NCBI GenBank assembly: GCA_028534125.1
Contig: CM052816.1
Coordinates: forward strand, 38,008,001 to 38,072,000
From: Lama glama
Lineage: Eukaryota
Reading direction: 5' to 3'
DNA: 64,000 nucleotides
Notes under the pieces: model-generated
Databases searched by the model: none
Told to the model about the DNA's origin: nothing
Seen by the model: only the letters and a program-made list of their open reading frames with translations
In this document: in pieces, positions 1 to 11,800 of the stretch
Layout: each line of letters starts with the position of its first letter
Position numbering within the stretch: position 1 is the first letter of the stretch
Position numbers and translations under genes: made by a program

Positions 1-1019
1 ATACTACAGGGCTACAATAATTGAAACAGCATGGTTTTGGCACAAAAATAGACATGTAGATCAATGAATAAAACAGACCAGAAATAAACCCACTTACCTA
101 TGGTCAATTAATCTACAACAAAGGAGGCAAGAATATACAATGGAGAAAAGACAGTCTCTTCAACAAATAATGTTGGGAAAACTGGACAGCTACTTGTAAA
201 TCAATGATATTAGAAAACTCCCTCACTTCATATACAGAAATGAACTCAAAATGGTTTAAAGACCTAAATGTAAGACATGACACCTCAAAACTCATATCAG
301 AGCAAATAGGCAAAACATTCTTGGACAGATCAGGTATTTTCTTAGATCAGTCTCCTAAAGCAAAAGAAATAAAAGCAAAAATAAATAGATGGGGTCTAAT
401 CAAACTTAAAAACTTTTGTTGTGTAAAGGAAACCATAAACAAAATGGAAAGACAACCTAAGGAATGGGAGAAAATATCTGCAAACTATGCAACTGACAAG
501 GTGTTAATTACCAAATGTGCAAACACATCAATATAAAAAAAATCAAAAAATAGGTGAAAGATCTAAATAGACATTTCTCTAAAGAAGACACACAGGTGGC
601 CAACAGGCACAAGAATAAAATGTTCAATGTTGCTAATTATTAGAGAAATGAAAATCAAAACCACAGTGAGGTATCATCTCACATGGGTCAGGATGCATAT
701 CATCAAAAGTTCATAAATTATAAATGCCAGAGAGGGTGTGGAGAAAAGGGAATCCTCCTACACTGTTAGTAGAAATTGATGCAGCCACTATGGAAAACAG
801 TGTGGAAGTTCCTTAAAAAACTGAAAATAGAGTTGTCACATGATCCAGCAATCCTGCTCCTGGGCATATGTCCAGACAACTGTAATTCAATGAAAACTCT
901 AATTTGAAAAGATATGTGTACCCCAGTGTTCAGAGCAGCACTAGATATAATAGCCAAGACTTGGAAACAACCCAAATGCCCATCAACAGACAACTGGTTT
1001 AAGATGATGTGGTATATAA

Positions 1020-1055
<36 letters not shown>

Positions 1056-1508
1056 GTGCACGCATATACAATGGAATATTACTCAGCCATAAAAATGAGT
1101 ATCTCTATTTGCAGCAAAATTGATGGAACTATGGAATGTCATACTAAGTGAAGGAAGTCAGACAAAGACAAATATCATATAATATCACTTATATGTGTAC
1201 CTAAAGAACTAATTTATACACAAAGTAGAAACAGACTCACAAACATAGAAAACAAACTTATGGGGAAAGTGAGGTGGGAGGAATAAATTTGGAGTATGGG
1301 ATTAATTAATATACACTACTATATTCAAGATAGATAAATTGCAAGGATTTACTGTATACCAAAGAGAACTATATTCAGTATCTTTTAATAACCTGTAATG
1401 GAAAATAACCTGAAAAATATATATATGTATAACTGAACACTTTGCTGTACAGCTGAAACTAACTCTATTATAAATCAACTATACTTCAATAAATAAATAA
1501 AATAAATA
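1..1508 (+). mobile_element. LINE-1 3' portion (decayed ORF2 C-terminus, 3' UTR, A-rich tail), cetartiodactyl type; runs off the window start
   Basis: ORF-track peptides KAKEIKAKINRWGLIKLKNF and [27 protein letters not shown] match L1 ORF2, with stops and frameshifts between them. The 3' UTR motifs 'gaaacagactcacaaacatagaaaacaaactta' and 'aaatcaactatacttcaataaa' are followed by an (AAAT)n tail. Confidence 0.95.
1023..1058. repeat. (TG)n microsatellite inside the L1
   Basis: Directly visible TG run with one CG interruption. Confidence 0.95.
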
Positions 1509-2264
1509 CTAATATCTAATCATTTCTAAAATTGTCATAATATCAAAACATTTAGTCAGGATTATATATATAATACATTTACAAAATATAGACAACATAT
1601 TAAGATTTATCCTTTCTTAAATATACATTAAATAAATCTTAATATGATGAGAAAGAACACTACAAAAATTATCTGTGGTTATCTTTATCACACTTCTTAA
1701 GTCTGTTCTTGGTCAAACATTCAGGCACATGCATATATATCTCATTTTATTAGTGAACACTGTTGAAGGCCCATATCTAAAACAAACTTTGAACAAATCT
1801 GATACAAAAAGATGCCATTACAGGAAGCCAAAAATATCTAGAAGTTAGAACTCATGAATGTTACTGACTCTACATAGGAACACATTATATATGAATAGAG
1901 GTCAAATACAATTGGATTAGCACACAGGAGTCATTATGTTATAATCATGTTAAACTAATCTTTTCCCAAGATGTACTATAGAATCACATCCTCAGAAACA
2001 GAATATTGAGAAGAATATCGGAGATGTTTTTCTTTTTTAAAAGTCTAAATGAATGATCTGTAGTCTCCATTCTAAATCCAGTGGCTAAAATAATGGTGGT
2101 ACCAGCAGGGCCCTCTGATGATAATGTTTTGAAGACACAGTAGTCATCCATCAGACTCCAAGGTGGTTTTACTCCAATGTACATTCTTAAGAGAAAAACT
2201 TTTGAATGACTGGTCAAACAGAAGTGTGGATTCTATACATAAACATCTTGGTGAAATAAAATGG

Positions 2265-2325
2265 AGCACTGAGCCTAGCACATAGTAGATATTCAATACG
2301 TATTTTTCTCATGAATAGATGAAAA
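2265..2325 (+). mobile_element. L2 3' tail fragment
   Basis: 'gcctagcacatagtagatattcaatacgtattt...atgaatagatgaa' resembles the L2 terminal consensus. Confidence 0.55.
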
Positions 2326-2544
2326 ATAAATAAATGACAATTTTGTGATCTAGTTCAATGATTTTAATCTTTCAGATGAGAGTGAAGAAAAAAGGCTGTC
2401 ATATGTTTAAAGTTTTAGAGTTATTTCATGGCAGAACCAAATATGAAAGTCATAGTCTAGAGTTTTTCTGTCAAATTGTTTTGTCTGCATGCAATCCATA
2501 AGAGTCATATAGTGTTACGATGAAGGAGATACAAGGGCAGAATT

Positions 2545-2755
2545 TGCATCCAGAGAGTCTGGATTCATATTCTTGCTCTCCTGCTCAAAACTTTGGCAAC
2601 TTGGGCAGGTTTATTAAATTCTCTGTGCCCTCCTTGGCTTATTATGATAGTCAGTACATTCTTAGTGTAGTTAGTGAGGATTAAATGAGTTAATACATAC
2701 AGAAACTCCTAGTAGGGTCCCTGGTGCACAGTAATTCCCAGTTAATATTATTCTT
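2545..2755 (+). mobile_element. MIR SINE
   Basis: Core 'aacttgggcaggtttattaaattctctgtgcc' and 3' part 'gtgaggattaaatgagttaatacat'. Confidence 0.8.
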
Positions 2756-3014
2756 GTAAGTAATCAAAACTATGCCTCCCTCAAGTCAAATATGATATGC
2801 TGGGATGATCAATAATAAATGCTATTATTTATTAACTTCTTTCTATTCACCAAGAATTTACAGATATTACTTATGTCACATACAGTCTTAATTAGAGGTA
2901 GTTTTAATTAGAAGCAATTATCAGGAGGCAGAAATCTGTAGTGGTGGAGACTCCTGTTCCACCAACTGCCAGCTCTGCAGTTGGGCAAGTTTTATTTTAT
3001 TTATTTTTATTTAA

Positions 3015-3560
3015 AAAACATTTATAAAGCCCTACTGTGTGCCAGGTATTTTTATACATACTCTACAGGCATTGAGTCATTTAATCTTCATAAAAGAGGG
3101 AGGGATTTTACTGCATCCATTTTGCAGATAAACTGATATAGTAACAAAAAGCATCATGGTGTAGCGACTGAGTATATATAGCCTCCTGAGAGTGACTCCC
3201 TGGGTATAAATCCTGCCTTCTCCACTTCCTAGTGATGTGACTCAGATGATTCATGAGAGCTAACTCTGCACCAATTTCCTCTTCTGCACGATGTGACAAT
3301 AATAGAACCTGCCTCAAAGAGTCACTGTGATATCTAAGTTGGATAACACACAAAGAAATTAGAACAATGCCTTGCATAAAGTAAGTACTCAAAATATGCT
3401 AAAGATTAAAATTGTCAGTTACTCTTAATATTAGTATTATGGGGGGCAAAACCAAAGCTTTGAGAGAGTTAGTCACTAAACCAAAGTAAAGGGGACTGAT
3501 AAGGGAGCAAGCTGGAAATCAAGCTCAGTTTACCTGCCCCCAGAGTCTCAGCTTTTCTGA
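3015..3560 (-). mobile_element. MIR on the minus strand in two pieces (about 3015-3140 and 3440-3560), interrupted by a + strand MIR
   Basis: 'aacatttataaagccctactgtgtgccagg...catttaatcttcat...ccattttgcagataaactga' on the left, with a degenerate core continuation after 3440. Confidence 0.6.
3150..3402 (+). mobile_element. Near full-length MIR SINE
   Basis: 'gcatcatggtgtag...ctgggtataaatcctgccttctccacttcctagtgatgtgac...tttcctcttctg...agaacaatgccttgcataaagtaagtactcaaaatatg'. Confidence 0.85.
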
Positions 3561-4528
3561 TTATAATTTGCTTCTTTATAAAGGATCATAGCCCTGCCTC
3601 TTTCCATGCATGACAAGCTCACGGCCAGTAGGCTTCATCTTGTTAGATCTAATAGAAGTGGAGTGACTCCCGGAGTCTGTGAAGGGAAGTAGATGAGTTC
3701 CAAGTGTTGATCAGGGATTTGCAACAGACCTCTCCATTACGGAATTCCACAGTAACAGACTCTTGTTGCATGCCCAATCCAATGTTAGTTTAGTCATATT
3801 TTTTGTATCCACGCCCAGTTGGCTTCCCATTTGCCTAACAATGGTATAACACAGATAATCAAGTCAAAGTACTCAGAGTAAAGTAAGTAAAGTGACAGTT
3901 TTGAAAATAATATAGATATCCTTAGTCTCAGCCTAGCTGAGTTCTTATATGTCACATTGTCTTATGACTATTTCATAATCTATTCAAAATGTTCACACAA
4001 TTTTATGCTAATCACCTCCAGGTTCCATTTATCTGTTTGCCTATACTTTATTCTCCTGTTTCTGCTTTTTTTTTTTAACAATGGCTTACGTCTTCGTGCT
4101 GACAAAAGATGATAGTGTGATACATTTTTCACTTGCACATAGCTAAATCTGTGACTTTTTAAAATAAGATTTTCTGCAAACATTTTTTGCTCAAGAAAAA
4201 AAAATCATCCATCTGGGAATTGTAGGAATAAGAAAACAAATAAGAAATGCACTGAACACAAACAGAATTAACACTAATCGGACTGCTTTGCAAAGTTTCA
4301 GCAACTTTCAGACTTGATTTCAGAAACTTCAGACTTGATTTCAGAACTGAGTATTAATTATGTGGTGAAGTGACTAAAACTCAAGGTATCTCTTTAGAGT
4401 AGTTTCCCAAGGCCATCACTTTCTCAACAGAATAAACTTCTAATGTCATCATCCAGGGAAATTATAGTTTCGGCACAAGAACTGTGCCCCCTGGAATCAC
4501 AGTTATTAAGTCTGCCCTTCTCCTGTAG

Positions 4529-4588
4529 GACCTACCCACTTCACCATGTCTTTCTCTCCAGCAATCATGCAATGTTATTAAACTACAA
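4529..4588 (+). CDS. Possible upstream 60-nt exon (frame 0: DLPTSPCLSLQQSCNVIKLQ) of the putative gene ending at about 8.6 kb
   Basis: Good acceptor 'tctgcccttctcctgtag|G', weak donor 'CAA|gtgaat'. Open reading and phase 0-0, which fits the 5956 exon. Confidence 0.2.
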
Positions 4589-4699
4589 GTGAATCTCAAA
4601 TTACAAATACAAATTATCCAGCTACAAGCATTCTCTCTCACAGTATTTGGTTCGGGTTGGCACATATCCACACAAATTGGAAAGAGGGTTGGAAGAAAA

Positions 4700-4870
4700 T
4701 CAAAAGACCTTGGCTTTAGTTCCAGCGCTAGCACTTTCTAATTTTGTGACCTTGGGCAAGTTATTTGGCCTCACTGGTTTACGATTTCCACATTTGTTAA
4801 ACAGGGGATGATCATTCCTAGTAGTGCTGGTGTAAGGATTAAGTATGTCTGCTTTTAAGCATTTTGGAAA
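4700..4870 (+). mobile_element. MIR SINE
   Basis: Core 'tgtgaccttgggcaagttatttggcctcactggtttacgatttccacatttgttaaacagggga'. Confidence 0.85.
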
Positions 4871-5955
4871 TGAGCAACTTCCATACAAAAGGCGAGTAAA
4901 ATTTCACTTGTTTTCCTTCCTCCTTTAGTTTCAAATCAAACACTACGAAAAGCACAGTTAAATTGCAGGATATGTAATGAATGAATATATGAAGGGATGA
5001 TTTAGAGGTGAGTTTCGTTAGTGTAATTGAACTATACATTTAACCATCAATGAGCAAGTACCTGCTGTGTATTACTGTAATAACAATGGACCTGGAGAAG
5101 ACAGGAGGTCCCAGAAACTAGTAAGTAACAATGCTAGCTCAGTGTATTTACTACGTGCCATGGCGGAGGAATGCCTAGGATTGTACAGACAGGACACGGC
5201 TTGAAACCTTATGTGATTTGGGGTGAGAAAACAAGGAAAGAAGAGAGTGAGGAATGATGAGACTGGAGAATTAGTTAGGTCCAGGATCACTTTATTAAAC
5301 TATTATTTTAATCAACTTTATGTGCTAATTTTAGGATGAAAAAATATTTGAAACATCATTCTGTTCTGAGCTCTTCAATGATCATGATACCCTCAGGAGG
5401 CACTTAAGTATGTTCTATTTAATACATCAGCCAAAGATCAACCAGCTAGTGTGACATAGCTAGTTTGTTGGAAGACATTTTTAACATACTAAGTCTTCAA
5501 AATTTGAAATTCCTTGCTTTACATGGTGAGAGTCATTGTTCGGTACATACACTGCTTTCCCATTAGTCCAACTGAAATAAAAGCTTCATTGTTCTGCAGA
5601 CCTGATTAAAAATAGATCTACATATCCAACTAGCAGTAGAGCATAGGCACTGATGTGGTCACTGTAACTACTTCGTACCAGCCATAGAAAATCTGCAAGT
5701 CCCCGAGTACATTTAATTTGCACAAAACTTCCAAGTGCTCTGTGTATGCGGCACCTTATCGTTTTTTCTTCTATTTTTTGGATTAGTTAACATTTAATCA
5801 CTTGACACTATTTTTCTATTTATTTTACTCACTATTTTTCATTGTTTCTGACTTCTCCAAAACCAGGAGGCTTTTTCCATACACCACGTGATACCAAGCC
5901 AAGTCTTTATCAGTGACCGTCTCTGCCTTCCGTGTGACTGTTTCAAACATCTCAG

Positions 5956-6062
5956 GTTCTAAGGCCAGTGATGGTTAAAGAGGCCACAGTAGGCAGAACC
6001 AGGAGAGAGGCACCAAGCTCTTCTACTTGGCTCTTTACATCTGAGGCATCTACAAACTGCAG
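5956..6062 (+). CDS. Putative internal coding exon (VLRPVMVKEATVGRTRREAPSSSTWLFTSEASTNC[R]); product unknown
   Basis: Acceptor 'tgactgtttcaaacatctcag|G', donor 'CAG|gttagt'. 107 nt, open frame (same frame as ORF 5968-6234), phase 0 to 2, which fits the next exon. Confidence 0.5.
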
Positions 6063-6332
6063 GTTAGTTAGGTCAGATCCTCCTCACCTCCTTCTATCCC
6101 ATGAAACCACATTTTCATATGACCTGAAATTTCACTCTGTCTGCAGGATGACCAAGTGTGCTAATTATGGGTACCAAGTAGCCTGGGATCCTGTAGTCTA
6201 CTCTGAGGCCTGGACCAGGTCTGTGACTAATTAGCATCTTTCGATCACAACAATTCTGCAAAGGTACCCTGACTGCACATGCCTGGAGGGATATGAATTC
6301 TCCTTTGTCTCATTTTTTACCTTGCTCTAGGG

Positions 6333-6474
6333 CAGAGGTTGGCAAACCCTTCCTGTACATAACCAGATAGTAAATAGTTTAGGTTTTGTAAGCTGATTGT
6401 CTCCGTCATAAGTACTCAACTCTGCTGTTGTTACAAAAAAAAAAAAAATCACACATAGACAATACCCAAATGAA
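6333..6474 (+). mobile_element. MER58A-like hAT-Charlie DNA transposon, 3'-truncated
   Basis: 'cagaggttggcaaacccttcctgta...ccagatagtaaatagtttaggtttt...tactcaactctgctgttgt...catagacaata' follows the MER58A consensus. Confidence 0.85.
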
Positions 6475-6761
6475 AATTTCAGCAACTTGTCCAAGAGCTT
6501 ACAAGTAGTGACAGAGCCAAGTTTAGAACCTACAGAAAATATTAAATAATGGAAAAATTTCCAAAACTATTTCACCCAGCATGTACATATTGAAGTACTA
6601 GTGCTAAGAACTTTCTGGACACAGATAAACCGTATGAAAATACCTACCCTTATAAAGTTTGTGATTTAATAAGATCAACTTCTTTCTATATTAAAAATAA
6701 TATCCCAAAGCTTGAAATTAAAAGCCCTATCTTTTCTGAACCCTCATCCAAATCCCCATAG

Positions 6762-6882
6762 GCAGCCTCTTTCACCAGCTTTTAAGCCTCTTCGCCGCCT
6801 TGATAGTTCTCAGAACGATGTCTACACATCTCTTCATGACTGGGTAGAGTTAACATCGACCTCTACTTTACTGAAGATGAAG
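6762..6882 (+). CDS. Putative internal coding exon ([R]QPLSPAFKPLRRLDSSQNDVYTSLHDWVELTSTSTLLKMK); product unknown
   Basis: Acceptor 'ccctcatccaaatccccatag|G', donor 'AAG|gtattg'. 121 nt, only one open frame, phase 2 to 0, locally higher GC and CpG than the flanks. Confidence 0.55.
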
Positions 6883-7769
6883 GTATTGTTCCTTTCTACA
6901 TATGCTATTCTCCTTTTTGCTTTCTTCGCAAAAATAAAAATAAAATCTTGAACTTTTCACAAAAGTAAGCACAAAATTCTATTGAGGTTTTCATAGTTAC
7001 ATTTTTCTCTGTAAGAGTAATTGCATATTGTTTTATAATCAGCTTGTTTTAAATGGTGAAAACTAAGTAGACAAAATATATCATTTTAACTATGTAAGTG
7101 TCATTTGCTGAAAGTTCAGGTACTATTTTATCATTTTATTTTCTCTACAGGAGTAACATACCACTGAACTGGACTCTCATTTCTTAGGCAGTGTGAGCAG
7201 TCTTTTAACTTAGGAGTCATATAAGGACTGTGGCGTTATAATATAGCAATCCTCTGAATATTCAACTTGAACTGAATAGCCTTAATATGTAAATACAAAA
7301 TGTTAATATTTATGTATATTGAGAAAAGTTAACAAAAAACATTTTTTAGAAATTCTTTGCATACTGTCTTAGGAGTTTTAAGGAGTGAGAAATGTTAAGT
7401 GTTATCTCGGGACATATAAAAATACCCTTCTATTTTTAAACCTATTTCTCATCATTTGCACAATATATTTTCTTTGTGTGAACAGATTAAAAATACAAAA
7501 GAAAGAATATCCAGCCATGTCATTCACTTTTCTTCACAATTTAGAAATAGATTTTCATTTTCAAAAGCAAAGAATGATGTAACATAGCAATTACGGCATG
7601 TCTTAGTGAAAGAAAATTCTATCATTATTTCAAGATGTTCTATAATGAAAATAGTAAAAATAAGGTCTATTTTCTACATGATTCCTTGTAGAAATGCCCT
7701 TAACTGAGATTTTTGGTTGTTTTCTTTGCTGTTTGTTTTTGAGAAGTCTTCGATTCTTATTCTATTAAG

Positions 7770-7822
7770 GAGAAGTCATGTTCACCTTCACATTTGATGA
7801 AGAAGGATACGTCTGAAGCCAG
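7770..7822 (+). CDS. Putative internal coding exon (EKSCSPSHLMKKDTSEA[S])
   Basis: Acceptor 'ttcttattctattaag|G', donor 'CAG|gtgatt'. 53 nt; the only open frame is phase 0 to 2, matching both neighbours. Confidence 0.45.
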
Positions 7823-8563
7823 GTGATTATCTTCCCAGCATTTTCTGTCTTGTCTAGAATAACAGGGTAGCCTTCTATTTTAAAGACTAGATGAAAATTA
7901 TACATTTCCACCTACTTTGAAAACATTATATTTACTTCATGATTTTCAAAAATTATTTTCTATATGAGAAGTTACTGATAAACTGCTTTATGATATACCT
8001 ATTGTATCATCTGCAAACATTATCTTAGTTGAAATTTGAAATAGTTCCATGAAGAAGAATTTTCTTAACAATATCAGTTATACACTTACACACTATTTCC
8101 AGGAAGACTATATTTTTAAAAATGAGCAAGAGGTCATTTTAGGTCAATATATAAATATTATCTGATATTTTTTCTAGTTTACTGAAGATACATTGTTTTT
8201 CACATGCATTTATATTTTGACCCATAAAATTACATTCTACAAAAATTAAGTTTCCAATATGTAGGGAAAAGTTACTTTCACCTAAACATGTTTTGACCAC
8301 TAAAATGCTGTATCTTCAATCATACTTTTTATTTTAAAATTATGATAATATAGTGAATTAACCACATTCAGCCTACTGGTGTTTGAAGAAGCCTTTGTTT
8401 TATATTCACAAATATTGTTACTATTATATTATCTTGAAAAAAATGGCAAGATGAGAAAATATGTTTTAAAACGAGTTTGAAAATATGTTAGTGTCAAGGA
8501 GATTTTTCAGAAATCAAACATGATAGTCTATTTCTTGGCTTTTCATTTACTGTTGTCAATTAG

Positions 8564-8582
8564 CTCCAAGAAAGGATCGTAG
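8564..8582 (+). CDS. Putative terminal coding exon ([S]SKKGS-stop), followed by a short 3' UTR
   Basis: Acceptor 'ttttcatttactgttgtcaattag|C'. Phase-2 reading gives TAG at 8580-8582, with AATAAA at 8636. Confidence 0.45.
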
Positions 8583-8635
8583 AAATATAAAGGAGTCAAG
8601 AGAAGGACCCACTGCTGCATTTCTGCTCCTTGTCT

Positions 8636-8641
8636 AATAAA
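8636..8641 (+). terminator. Candidate polyadenylation signal AATAAA of the putative gene
   Basis: Canonical hexamer 54 nt after the predicted stop. The hexamer alone is weak evidence in AT-rich DNA. Confidence 0.4.
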
Positions 8642-9589
8642 CTTCAAAATAGTTCTGAGGTGGACCTGTTAAACATTTTGCTAACAGCCCTAAAGGAAAT
8701 CATTATTTTAAAAATGCATGATGCTGCATTATTAGATGATTTTGTTGACATTTTAGCACATGATGACCAGATTTCAATAGAAGGAGCCTGTGTCTAAAAG
8801 ATCTCATTGTAAAGTCTTGTAAAGAGCGAAATAATCTAGAGGCATTTGCCTTTTTAAAATGACACTGGGAAACTAAACCCCAGGAGACATGTCAGATGCA
8901 ATAAACAAAAGCAGCCAACTTTTCATTTATCTGTTTATATTGAAGTTGTGCAATTATTTAGCATTTCTTTTTAACAAAAACTTTCAAGTATTTTCCCCAA
9001 AGAAAGGTATTAAAATGCCAATATCTTAGTATGCACACATAATACTCCACAGAAAATATTAAGAAAATCAATAAAGAAATCAATATCAGTCTGGAGTGTG
9101 CAAGAGTTGCAAAATACATTGATGGCTTCCCTTTTATGTGTTTTGAAAAATTGATTTCAATTGCCTGATTACCGATTCTTAGAATTTCATTTAGAACTTC
9201 TTTCTTTCTTTAAAACTCAGCTGGGACATGATATTCTGAATTAAAATCCAGACAGTGTTTTTCAGAAAAAAGAAATCAGTGTTCTTTCTTAAGAAGGAAA
9301 AAGAATATTTTCACCACTTAATTAGTAAGTTAAACATCAGAAGAGGAAAATATCACAATGAAAGATTGGTATCATTAAAAACAGGGAAAAAGGATGCTGG
9401 ATGGAATAAAATGAATAAAAATTAAATATTCACTAAGGCTCTCAGCATTTTCTGTAAAAAATTTAAATTTCTAGTCTTATTTGTAACCCTTCCGTGTCAA
9501 TATATAAACTTCCATAAATGCTTACTTTTTGCAAGTCATAAATAAACTTTCTTTTGTCCTCATTTATGCTTCCACTTATTGTTCCATTT

Positions 9590-10575
9590 CATGCTCTCCT
9601 TTATAACACAACTTACTGAAAGTTTTCTGTACTTACAGTTTTCCAGTTTCTCTTCTTCCATTCCCTCTGAAACCCACTCTAATCAGGCTTTCTTCCCTAC
9701 CATTCCATAGAAATTGCTCTCGACAGCGTCCTTAATGATCTCTAGTTTGCTAAAACCAATGATCAATTCTGAGTCGTCATAACTTCTCAGCATTGAATCG
9801 TTTACCTGATTGGTCAATTTCTTCTCTTTTATAGATTTCTTTTAACATGTTTCCATGCTTCTCATCATGCTCTTATCTGACCTGCCATCCTCTTTACCTC
9901 CTGTGTATTATCAACACATCAGTAAAAGTGGTCCTGTCAAAACACAAGTCAGTTCATGTTATTCCTCTATTCAAAAGCCCGCAGTAACTATGCACATCAC
10001 TCAAAGAAAAAAAACTACCTCTTTCAATGACCTACAAGGCCCTTTTTGGTTTGTCACTATTAATTATGACTGTCTCTCCTATTCTATTTCTCCTTACTTA
10101 GTTCATTCCATTCTCCTTTTTCTCCCTTCTGTTTCTCAAAAACTCCAAAAATGGTCCCATCTTAAGGACTTTGCTTCAGATTTTCCTCCTGTGTCTCCCT
10201 CAGATATCCTTTTGCCCAACTCTTCCATCTCGTTCAAGTCTCTGCTTAAACTCCTCCTTCTCAAAGATACTGATGACATCAATCCTTTCCATACTGGAGC
10301 TGCCATCTTCCTTCCCATTACTCACAGGAACTCCTAATTCCTTTCACCTCTCTCTCTCTTTTTTTCCCAAAGCACTTCCTAAAGTAGTATACAATTTACT
10401 TAGTTTTTAATGTTTTTGTTGATTTGTTTTCTTGTCTCTCTCCACTAAAATGCAATTTCATAAAGGAAAGGAATATTTTCTGTTGTATTCACTGATAGAC
10501 CATCAAGCATAATATAGTAACACCTATCACACCGTAGCAGTCAATAAATATTTGTTGAGGAAATAAGTAAATGAA
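9590..10575 (+). mobile_element. L2 LINE (ORF2 remnant, internal deletion, 3' end)
   Basis: 'aacccactctaatcaggctttcttccctaccattcca...aatgatctctagtttgctaaaaccaatg' and terminal 'caataaatatttgttgaggaaataagtaaatgaa'. Confidence 0.85.
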
Positions 10576-10744
10576 GACTTAGGATATATTTTTGAAATTT
10601 CAAGTTAGTAAAAAAAAAGAGAATAATAAATAATAGATTAAGGAAAACAATGTCTTTTCCTTTCCTATTGTTTTTTCATTTGCTCTCTGTTAGAGTTCAC
10701 ATAATGTACACAAATACCATATATCATCAGTTTCCTTAAACATC

Positions 10745-10848
10745 ACCTTCACTAGGCTGTGAAATACTTGAGGCCAAGTACTATTCTGAGTCATCTTAAT
10801 TGCAATGCCTGCCAGTACAATATCTGGTACACAACAGTAACTTAAAAT
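10745..10848 (+). mobile_element. L2 3' fragment
   Basis: 'cactaggctgtgaaatacttgaggccaag...agtacaatatctggtacacaacagtaacttaaaa'. Confidence 0.55.
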
Positions 10849-10849
10849 T

Positions 10850-11800
10850 AAGGACATCAAAAGTATAAGAGACATAATAAATATAGATAAATTAGGCTAC
10901 ACAAAAATTTAAAACCTTCATGATACATATCAAGAAAGTAAAAATACAACTCACAGAGTGGGAGAAAATATTTGCAAATCATGTATCTAACAAGGGACTT
11001 TTATCTAGAATATATAAATAACTCTTATAATTCAATAGTGCAAAGACAAATAATCCAATTAAAACATGGGAAAAGGATTGAAAAGGACATTTTCTCCAAA
11101 AGTATGCAACTAGCCAATAAGCACATGAAAAGATGGTCAACACCATTGACTATTAGGATGGTTAATAATCGAAAAAACAGGTAACAGTGTTAGTAAAGAT
11201 GAGGAGAAATCTGAATGAGAAATGGTAAGTCACTTTGCAGTCCATCAAACTGACAGTCCTCAAGATGTTAAACATAATTACCGTATGACCCAGAAATTCC
11301 ACTCTTACATATATACCCAAGAAAATTGAAAACACATGTCTACACAAAAATTGGTACACTAATGCTTATAGCAGCATTATTCACAATGGTCAAAAAGTGA
11401 AAACAACCCAAATGTATCAGCTGATGAGTGGATAAAGAAATTGTGGTATACTACTTGGCAACAAAAAGGAATAAATTTCTGATACAGGCTACAATGTGGA
11501 TGAACCTTAAAAACATTACACTGAATAAAAATAGCCAGCCCCAAAAGATGAATTGTTATTTGATTCCATGTATATGATATATGCAGAATAAACAAATCTA
11601 CAGAGACAAAAACTAAATGTAGGGGTAGGGAGTGAGTTGGAATGGGGACTGACTGCTATTAGTTATGGGGTTTCTTTTTGAGATAACAAAAGCATTCTAA
11701 ACAGATTTTGCTAATGGTTGTACAACTCTGTGAGTATACTAAAAACAGAAATGTATACTTTAAAAGGGTCAGTTTTGTAATGTATTAATTAATTTAAGTA
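10850..11800 (+). mobile_element. Old L1 3' end (L1MB-like)
   Basis: 'cacagagtgggagaaaatatttgcaaatcatgtatct', 'ccgtatgacccagaaattccactc', and 3' UTR 'atggttgtacaactctgtgagtatactaaaaac'. Confidence 0.9.

Noticed and set aside
7769..7816. Alternative reading GEVMFTFTFDEEGYV* of the 7770 exon
   Set aside because: It looks protein-like but needs a phase-1 upstream donor, which the 6882 donor does not provide. The phase-0 frame fits both neighbours.
9855..10337. Longest ORF in the track (160 aa)
   Set aside because: It lies entirely within a decayed L2 and has the low-information L/S/F-rich composition of a chance ORF.
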